Shown here: piece by piece, positions 54,639 to 64,000 of the stretch
How the letters are laid out: the number at the start of each line of letters is the position of its first letter
Position numbering within the stretch: position 1 is the stretch's first letter
Assembly: GCA_951406725.2 (NCBI GenBank)
Contig: OX597819.1
Location: 91,512,001 to 91,576,000 of the forward strand
Origin: Octopus vulgaris
Lineage: Eukaryota
DNA length: 64,000 nucleotides
Reading direction: 5' to 3'
Program-made: the position numbers and the translations under genes
The notes under the pieces: model-generated
Databases searched by the model: none
What the model was told of the DNA's origin: nothing
Seen by the model: only the letters and a program-made list of their open reading frames with translations

Positions 54639-54807
54639 GATGCCGAATGTCTTAATGAGTCTTCTTCAGAAAGAATTTCCTTATTTCAAAGGCAATGTTT
54701 TCACAGTAGAATGCTATACTCGAAATTTACTACAGATTTCAATGTTCATGCCTGATCATCGGTACAAAATCTTGGAACTTATCATAACAAAAATGGTTAA
54801 TTTTGAT
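54639..54807 (+). CDS. RRN3: RRN3 coding exon 6
   Basis: ttacag|MPNVLMSLLQKEFPYFKGNVFTVECYTRNLLQISMFMPDHRYKILELIITKMVNFD|gtaagt; conserved RRN3 FP..ECY..NLL.I...ILELII motif. Confidence 0.95.
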
Positions 54808-55873
54808 GTAAGTAAGAAGTATTTAATTTCTAGTCTAGTCACTTAGGAAAAAGTTTCAATTTGTGTCCATTTTTTTTTTTATGTTTCAGTCATTAGGCTG
54901 TGGCTATGCTGGGGCATCGCCTTTATTCTTTTATTCTTTGTCATTTGACTGTGGCCATGTTGAAGCACTGCCTTTAGTCAAACAAATTGACTCCAGGACT
55001 TATTCTATCGGTCTCTTTTGCCAAACTGCTAAGTTAAGGGATGTAAATATACCAACATCTGATGTGAACCGATGGTTGGGGAACAAACACAGACACGCAA
55101 ACATATATATATACACACACACACACAACAGGCTTCTTTCAGTTTCCGTCTACCAAATCCACTTACAAGGCTTTGGTTGGCCTGAAGCTATAGTAGACAC
55201 TTGCCCAAAGTGCTATGCAATGGGACTGAACCTGGAACCATGTGGTTGAGAAGCAAGCTTCGTACCACACAGCCACGCATGTGCCTTGAAGAAATTTTTT
55301 TGAGTGTTTCAAACCCTATTACTTAATTTATTAAAGCCTGGTACTTATTCTGTTGGTTCGTTTTGTTGAACTGCTGAGTTACAGTTGTCAAGGGGTGTGG
55401 TGGCAGTGGTGGAGAACTCATACACATGCACATATCCATTCATGTACACACACTCTTATATGATGGGTTTTAGTTTCTTTCTACTAAATCCACTCACAAG
55501 TTGATCCAAGGCTATAGTTGAAAACACTTGCATATGGTTCCATGCAGTGAGACTGAACCCTGAACCATGTGGTTGTGAAGCAAGCTTCTTATCACACAGC
55601 CATGCCACTTTTTTTTTAAGAGTTTGACATGGGTTGAGCTCTTCCTTCATTTTTATTTATTCTTATCTGTTTTGCACATTATTAAACTCAGAATTTATAC
55701 ATTATATATATGTATTTATGTGAAGCGCATGGCTACAGCAGCCTTTGACTTATTTTCTATTCAAAAGGGGTTTTCAACCCATTATATGCTTTTGTTTGTA
55801 GCTTTAAATTTGCTTCTAGATTCAGTTTCATTTTTCTGCTGGTTTGATATGAATTGACCACTTTTCATTGTAG

Positions 55874-55942
55874 GTGCTGAGTCCTCGCCATGAAATATTT
55901 CCTGAGAATGAAAGTGACGATCTGACTGAGATGATTGATGTG
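55874..55942 (+). CDS. RRN3: RRN3 coding exon 7
   Basis: ttgtag|VLSPRHEIFPENESDDLTEMIDV|gtaagt; 69 nt, acidic loop. Confidence 0.85.
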
Positions 55943-56899
55943 GTAAGTTTGGTAACCAGAATTTATCGGTTCTTTCTTCTTTTATCTTCTATTTGTTGCA
56001 GTCATTGAAGTGCGGCCAAGCTGGCACACCCTCCTTGGAGGGTTTAGTCAAACAAATTGGCTTCCAGTGCTTATCTTTAAAATCTGGCACTTATTCTATG
56101 GGTCTCTTTCACCAAATCACTAAGCAAACAAACCAACACTAGCTATCAATTGGGGGCCACACACACACACCACACCACGATCATTATCATTTAACATCCG
56201 TTTTCCATGCTAGTATAGGTTGGACGGTTTGACAGGAGCTGTCCAGACTCCAGTTATTTAATTTCTATGGCTGGATGCCCTTCCTAATACAAACCACTTC
56301 TCAGAGTGTGCTGGGTGTTTCTTATGTGCCATTAGCTTGGCTGCTCTCACACAGCACTGGCATGAGTGCATTTTATGTGGCATCGGCACCTGTAAAGGAG
56401 AAGCCTGTAATGTTTGGATGACAGTGGTTTTACTTAGCTTGATGTGTCTTCTCAAGTGCAGCAAATTGCCACATCTCCTGGTCCTCTGTCATTTCCTCAG
56501 TGAAGCCCAGCATGTGAAGATCTCTTCCCACCACTCTGTCCCACATCTTCCTGGGTCTACTCTTCCTCAACTTCCCTCCACAATTAGAGTTTGGCACTTC
56601 TTTATGCAGCTGTCATTTATTGTATATATATATGTATATATATATGATCAGGCACACCCAAGAGTCTGGGTTGGTCTGCATCTCACCTTTCAACTTTTCC
56701 CTGAAGTAAGATTCTCTCCAAAATGTTGTTTTCCACTCCCCACATGTTCACAGCATTCTTTTTAACAATTTTACTAAATTATACACATATGCACACACAC
56801 ACACACACACACATAGCAGGCTTCCATTCAGTTTCCATCTACTAAATCCACTTAAAAGGCTTTTGTTAACCCAATGTATCATTGTTTTTTTTTCTGTAG

Positions 56900-57017
56900 G
56901 TTGCTAAAACTGAATTTGATCTTAATACTGGCCAGTTGATGAAACATCCACAAGCTGAAATGTTAGATGTTCTCATGCACATACTGTTATCTCACATACA
57001 GAATGTGGCCTATAATA
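56900..57017 (+). CDS. RRN3: RRN3 coding exon 8
   Basis: ctgtag|VAKTEFDLNTGQLMKHPQAEMLDVLMHILLSHIQNVAYN|gtaagt; M.HP.AE.LD.LM motif; 118 nt. Confidence 0.92.
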
Positions 57018-57665
57018 GTAAGTGCATTGTATAACTTTTGTTGCTTACAATGTGTGAATGGTTAAATGTTACGTTTAGGCTCAGGGCGTAGCTGTGTGGA
57101 TATGGAATTGCTAAAATGTAGTCTTGGGTTCTATCTCACTGCCTGGTACCTTGGATAGATTCTGATACTCTTGGACTGTCCAGTGCTCTGTGAGTTGAAT
57201 TGATAATTGTGTGAGTATGTGTGTGTGATCAGTATTTGTTTTCCATGCTGCCATGGGTTTGATGGTTTGACTGGGATGGTAAACCAGAGAGCTGCACCAG
57301 GCAGCAGTTGTCTGTTTTGGCTTAGTTTCCACAGCTGGATACCCTTCTTAATGCCAACCATTCTACAGTGTGTACTGGGTGTCTCCTCTGTGTCACTGGC
57401 ATAGGTGCCTTTCACATGTCACTGGCACTGGCCACGACCACACTTTCACTTAGCTTGATGTGTCTTCTTGAGCACAGCAATTCTCCATAAGTTTGGTCAA
57501 TTGTCATTGCCTCTGGGAGCTGTATAAATACATACATGCTCACATGCACTTGCATATGTTTGTTCCTGTGTGTATGAGTGAATGCTGATATTGCATGTCT
57601 TTATGCTATGTGTTATGCTATGAGCAAACTGTGATGTTGGTGTTATGTTCCTTGCAAACATCATG

Positions 57666-58552
57666 CGTGGTCTGATCAGTAAGTATCCGGACTGTTGTCA
57701 TAGTAATGAAACTAAAGCATGCATAGTGAAGCTGTTTGGCACAGATTGACCTTGAACTCTGTTGTGCATGTGCACTAATTTTTAAAGTTGTAGCTCACTT
57801 CTGCTGTTTACAGCAGTGCCTGCTTGGAATAAATGTATGTAGTCTGTGATCATTGCAGTGACCATCACAGAGAAAGTTGAGCAGAGAATCTGCTTTGAAT
57901 TTTGCCAAAAACTTGGTGATACCTGCTCTGAGGCCAACCCAAAGTTTTCAAAAAGTTTTCATTGTTCTCAACACAATTGAGATTTTGTGCCACTGAAACC
58001 GGAGTGTCTTTTTGGTCAGCTGAAAGCAGTTTTGGCACAAATCTGGTAGACCTGTCTCATACCTAAATCTTTAGTGGTAATGGACTGAAATGAACTGTAA
58101 TTAATCTGCACATCCTCTGATAACTCACAGATGGTGCTTCAACATTTTCCCAGCTGCATGGATATCTGCGGTGTTTTTCTCAGTCCTGCTGGTTGTGGGT
58201 CTCCTAGAATGTTTGTCACTATCGACATTTTATCAGATATCTTGGAAACGTCTGAATCACTCGTACACTTGCATGTGGTTCATATACTCCTCTCCATACA
58301 CTTTCTGCAACTTAATGTAGGCCTCTGAGCAGCTTTAGCCATGGCAACTTTCTGTCATGGTCAATGTGACGATCACACACTACACACTTTCCCTCCAAAC
58401 ACTGCTGTAAACAGCGGAAGTGAGCTAGGATGTTAAAGCTTAATGTGCATGCACAGTAGAGTCCAAGGTCAGTCTGTGCCAATCAGCTTCACTCTGCATG
58501 CTCTAGCTTTGTTACTATTGCAACAGTCTGGATAATTATTGATCAGACCTTG
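57666..58552. mobile_element. Mariner-derived fold-back non-autonomous element
   Basis: ~200-bp inverted ends (cgtggtctgatcagtaagtatccggactgttg / caacagtctggataattattgatcagaccttg). Transposase N-terminus EKVEQRICFEFCQKLG on +, further transposase fragment on -. Confidence 0.8.
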
Positions 58553-59148
58553 TTTTTATATAGCCATGTGCTTTTGAAAACCAGTGGGGAAGCAGGTGAA
58601 GGTTCATGACATAAAGGGTACGTGGCTGTAAATTACTGCCTCAAATAAGTTCTATCCAAATCATCCTAGCATAGAATGATGGACATAAAACACTCAAATA
58701 TATAAATGATTATGTATAATTCTGAACATATCTAGCATAAGTTGTGCCAGTATGCTGAAGAGGTTCACTTTCCAGTCACATTTTGGGATTTGATCCAGCT
58801 GTATGATACCTTTGGCAAATGTCTTCCTTTGTTCCAAGCCTTATAGACATGGTATTGAAGCTCATTGAATGGACTTTACCTGTTCATGGGTGGTAGACTT
58901 AATCTATCACCTGGTTTAGCGCTGACACCCTTGGTTGTTTGGTACCTTAGGTAATTCTTTGCTTAGAGCACTCCAATTTGGTTTCTGATCTGAGGATAGC
59001 ATGATATCTTGATCTGCTGTGTCCTGCTGCAGCAACCCAGGGGCATTGGTTTCTTCCTCTGTTTCCTCCACTCTTGCAGCTCCTTCAAAAACTGAGCTGT
59101 GTACCTCTCTTTCTCCTCTGACCAGGGTCCTATACATATTTTTGTGTT

Positions 59149-59669
59149 ACAGTTCTATATTTAAGAGATGAGGAATTATGTACATTATTTACATTTGATG
59201 GATATTTGTCCTCCTTTTGTTTGTTGTTAACACATCATGGTGATGATGATGATGATAACATTTTGGCTGACTATACCCTCCAGCCTTCCTCAGGTGTCTT
59301 GGGGAAATTTTGAACTTGAGTTCTCATTCCTAAAGTATTTATTGATAATGTTGTTGCTATCATCATCATCATTACTGCCTGGAATTGAACTCAGAATCTT
59401 CAGGTTAGTATCTCGCGCCCTTAACGACTCTGCCATATGTCCATGGGTATATGGCGTAGTGGTTAAGAGCGTGGGCTACTAACCCCAAGATTCCGAGTTT
59501 GATTCCAGGCAGTGACCTGAATAATAATAATAACATCAAAAAATACCTTAGAAATGAGAACCCAGGTTTGAAATTTCCCCATGATACCTGATGAAGGCTG
59601 GATGGTATATCAGCTGAAACGTGTTAACAAACAAAATGAAGACAAATATCCGTCAAATGTAAATAATGT
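59149..59669. mobile_element. Fold-back element: two head-to-head tRNA-headed units with hammerhead-like cores
   Basis: 13-bp TSD ATATTTTTGTGTT (59136-59148, 59670-59682); arms inverted about CCATGG (59441-59446); A/B boxes; CTGATGA...GAAAC core. Confidence 0.8.
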
Positions 59670-60487
59670 ATATTTTTGTGTTGTTCATATAAGCATTTAA
59701 ATGTTATTCAAGTTATACAGGCCACCTTGTGTATGAATGAGTTATATATAGACTTAAACAAATGTTTGGCATTGTGTGTATCAATGATTTTTAGCTTTAC
59801 CACAAATCCATGATTGCAAGATCTGATTTCTGCCTCCTATTTTGAGAGATGACAGGCAAAGCAAATTTAAACTCAAAATAAATGCCAATATTTTAACTAC
59901 CTCATTGTTTTTTTAAAATTTAATTAATAATCATTTCTAACATAGCTTCTGGGCCAGAAATTTGAGGCAGGATGGTAGACTGCAATACTTGACTGATACT
60001 TTAATTTATTGACCTCTCTATGATTTGAATTGACAACATAAAGAGTTGGAAGAAATATCACAGTATTTTAAGCTTCAGGCTCAAATGAGTCTGTCACTCT
60101 GCTGTCCTTGTTGGGTTTAACATTATCTGTTTTGATCCTTTTCTGTAACATGAGGTAATACTGTAGACAACTCACAGAACAGAAAAGTTTCACACTGTTC
60201 TTGAGTGTGGCTCTATAAATGGAAGGCCTGTTACTACATTGTACATATATGTTATCTGAAAAATACGAAATACACATCAGTAGATATTTTGTGGGTGTAT
60301 CTGTGACAAAATACATTGTAATCAGAATTGATGTAATTTAATTTTTCTCTGTATACAATTTCATCTATATTTTGTTGTCAGTGGAGAGGTGTTAGAATTA
60401 AAAATGCTGAGGCTGTAAACTTAAACTTAAGATGCTACAAGTGACCCATAAATTTTTAAACCATTGTCTTTTTTGTTTCATTATTAG

Positions 60488-60657
60488 ATTTTGAGAAAAC
60501 CTCATTACCGGATGGTAGTGTGCAAACTAAAATTGATTTGCCTAGTTGTAAGAAACTGTATCGTGAACTATTACTTATATTTGAAAATGTCATCTTACCA
60601 ACTCATAAAACTTGTCATGTGCAGTTTTTCATGTTTTATGTATGTAAATATCATATA
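60488..60657 (+). CDS. RRN3: RRN3 coding exon 9
   Basis: attag|(N)FEKTSLPDGSVQTKIDLPSCKKLYRELLLIFENVILPTHKTCHVQFFMFYVCKYHI|gtaagt; hallmark LPTH..CHVQFFMFY.C motif. Confidence 0.96.
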
Positions 60658-63600
60658 GTAAGTAGAGTTTTTTTTTCTATTTTGTTTCCTCCTTTTTTAT
60701 TTTTTGCATAATTATTTCTGTATATTATGTCTAATTAACTGCAAAAATTTATTTTGTTAAATATTGTTATTTTCCATGCTTACCTGTGAGCAGTGTCCTA
60801 CGTCTATTTAATGATTCTTTCATTAATGCTTCAGTGAGAATACCAAAGCCTTAGTTTTGCTAAGGAGGTCTAAATTGGAGTTGTTTTCTGTATTTGTAAA
60901 TAGGATTATAGTATTAATCTGTCTAATCTGAACTAATGCTGTCTAATCAATGCATCAACATCATTCTAATGTCTGCTTTTCCATGCTTGCATGGATCAGA
61001 TGGAATTCTTTGATTTCCTACAACTGGATGCCCTTCCTGTCACCAACCCTCACCTGTTTCTAAGCAAGGGAATTTTCCCCCTTGGCCAGACATGTTTGTC
61101 ATAGAAGACTTGAAACAAACATCAGCATTTGCATGATGGTGACACTTACTTACACGTATGCGATATCATGACAAGTATGCACGTGAGCACAAACACATAT
61201 GCACATATCCATTCATGCACACACACATACATGTTAAGTTTCTTTCTGTTTCCACCTACCAAATCCATTTGCAAGGCTTTGGGCTGTAGTAGAAGACATT
61301 TGCCCTAGATGCCACACAGTGAAACTGAACTTGAAATACCACATAGTTGTGAAGCAAGCTTCTTAACCAACCAATTAAGCCTGCATAAATATTTCTAAAT
61401 AGGTTTTTTTATGCTTACTGCATTAAATATATTATTTACAGTTTGTCTGGTGTGGATTGGAGTGTAAGTTTGTTAACCTGGACTATGAAAATAAATGACT
61501 CGTCTATAACATAAATGAAATGATCTGATTGCCAGATCCACGAGTTTTTCACCACCCACTCTTAAATTCTTTCTGAACAAAATCACATATTTAATCTTAG
61601 ACGTTTTTTATAATCTTGTCATAATTCTGCAAATTGATGATGAACATGGATAGTTTGGAAGTCAACCTTAGAATTTATGTGGTAGTTTCAGAAATTTCTC
61701 CAGTTCCTACCTGGTCGGTCCTTATTTAACAGACCTCTGATCAAAGGTGTTCTGTTACCATCCCATCATTTTGTATACCTAAGGCTACATTCTTTGATAT
61801 CTTTCTTTTTAAGATGGTATAGTGTAATTTGAGGGAGATTGGTTATTATGTTGAGAGTCCTTTTGGTCTGTGTTTCTATAGTTTTACACAAGTGAGAGAA
61901 ATAACTTTTGGTTTCTGTTTGGGAAAGATGAAGTATGCTGTGCATACTTGTTCTTCAATGTGTGGTCTGTGAGCTGAATTTTCTGAAGATATCTTTTTAT
62001 ACTCTTTTTAGTTTTTACTTGTTTCAGTCATTTGACTGCGGTCATGCTGGAGCACTGCCTTTAGTCGAGTAAATCGACCCCAGGACTTATTCTTTGTAAG
62101 CCTAGTACTTATTCTATTGGTCTCTTGCCAAACTGCTAAGTTACGGGGACAGAAACACACCAGCATTGGTTGTCAAGCGATGTTGGACACACACGATGGG
62201 CTTCTTTCAGTTTCTGTCTACCAAATCCACTCACAAGGCTTTGGTCGGCCCAAGGCTATAGTAGAAGACACTTACCCTAGGTGCCATGCAGTGGGACTGA
62301 ACCCGGAACCATGTGGTTCATAAGCAAGCTACTTACCACACAGCCACTCCTACGCCATGTATACTAGTACTTTTGTAAGACATGCTACTGAATGGTCTGG
62401 ACATGCAGTTGCATTTTGGTGCTGGATTTATGTTATTCCTATGTTCAATCCTGTTTCATTAAGCTATCAGGTTGACTTTGTTTTCCATACAACTATAGCA
62501 ACTTTTTACCAGTGGAGAAATTTTTTCTCATGAACAAGGTTATGTCTAGTACATATCAGTATGGAAAAAGCAGACATAAAAATGATGAATGGTAAATTTT
62601 TGATTATACTGCAAAGTTAAAGGATAGATTGAACCAGAAAATATTTCTTTTCTTGGTTTTCTTATGTACCTATACATCCATCCATTAACTCACATAACCT
62701 GTTTCTCTTCAAATCTGCTTTTTATCATATTCTAAATATGTGGAGCGCAATTAAATACCTTTTTCTCAGAATTAATAAGTTATGTTCTTGTTGATATTAT
62801 TGATTAAATTTTTTAATAATTTTGTAGGTGGATTATTTAGAATTTTCTGTTAATAGTATAGGTCTTTGTTTGACATTATCTCCTAATATAATAATGAGCG
62901 TAGTGTTTTTATATATTTGTCCAGGATCACGCTGGATGTGGAAAAGGAGAGAAAATAGTAATTTAGTGAAGAAATAGTGAGAGTAATAGCCTTGACTGAG
63001 AGGGAGTGAGAGAAAGTAATAGCAATGAGAGAAAAGAAGGGGTGATAGATGACTAAGAGAAGGGGGTGAAAAAAAATCAGTATTTCAACTTTGTGAGTAG
63101 GTATGTGCGTAGGCATACAAGGGAAGTATGTGAATGTTTGTATGTGTGATTATGTACCTTATTTATTTATAAAATACTACAATTAGCTGTCATTGAGGGC
63201 ATGTGGTCAGCTAGTGGAATTTTCTATGAGATATCTACTAAGTTGATGGTATTGATATTAATTTTAATAGGGTATTTTAGGTTAAATTTCATAAATGTTT
63301 CTAGAAGGCTCTCATTTAAATTTTTCTTGATCTGGTGGTTGTATATTTAATAGATATACTAGTTTGTCATCTCTCCAGATATGTGTACAGAGTTGAAATT
63401 ATTTCTGAGTATGGCTGGAATCTATAAAAGCCCCCCAACTTTCAAACATTTCACCCCACAACTACATGTACCACAAGCTGTTTAAAATTGTGAAAGGTGG
63501 CTATAGTTATTTGGAAAATATCGACACACTTATTGCTTGAGACATTAAGATTATTGCACACACTTTGGAGCTGTTCAAACCTACATCCATCTGTAAACTT

Positions 63601-63757
63601 TAGTAAGTATCTTAATATGCTGACTGCTCAATGGCACCAGTGTTTCTTCAGTAGGTGCTAGTGTATCAAAAATGTACTGTATATGCTTGCAAAAAAAATG
63701 TTGATTTATATGTATGGAATTGTATTTTAATATGGTTTTCAATTTTAATGTTTTCAG

Positions 63758-63888
63758 TTATTGTGTGATGGATTCTTGGATTATCTCTGGAAAAAATTCA
63801 GCAATCCAAATACAGAACCAATTTTCCGAGTAACTTGCAGTTCTTATTTGGGAAGTTTCCTTGCTAGGTCAAAATACTTACCTGTCAG
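63758..63888 (+). CDS. RRN3: RRN3 coding exon 10
   Basis: tttcag|LLCDGFLDYLWKKFSNPNTEPIFRVTCSSYLGSFLARSKYLPV|gtttgt; LWKK...Y.GSFLAR motif. The gene continues past the window. Confidence 0.95.
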
Positions 63889-64000
63889 GTTTGTTTCAGT
63901 TTCTTACATGTCTATATTTTGTGTGCAATTTTCACTACAAACACTTTGCTCTCATTTACTTTCTCTCTTTTGCTCATTAGAGGTGATCTGTAAAAGGCAC

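Noticed and set aside
59445-59517. tRNA gene (ACT anticodon)
   Set aside because: Poor acceptor-stem pairing and a mutated B-box; it is the head of the fold-back element.

Overview
AT-rich, repeat-dense eukaryotic (metazoan) DNA. The SINE families, the abundant (TA)n/(CA)n/(TTA)n microsatellites and the RTE/CR1/R4 LINE debris resemble an octopus (coleoid cephalopod) genome; this is inferred from recognition, not from a search. Two divergently transcribed split genes can be reconstructed with consistent GT-AG phases. Cathepsin Z/X is on the minus strand (3 coding exons, 24534->3167, continuing left of the window). RRN3/TIF-IA is on the plus strand (10 coding exons, 47277->63888, continuing right). 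The ~23 kb between them is CpG-retaining and filled with transposons: a full-length decayed mariner, an ORF1-only LINE-like element, an internally deleted Helitron with several non-autonomous Helitrons, a TTAA-flanked MITE and near-perfect palindromes. The most interesting signal is a set of minimal type-I hammerhead-ribozyme-like motifs associated with inverted repeats and microsatellites. One of them is a TSD-flanked fold-back element made of two head-to-head tRNA-headed units, each carrying a hammerhead core. Most listed ORFs are microsatellite or SINE artefacts.
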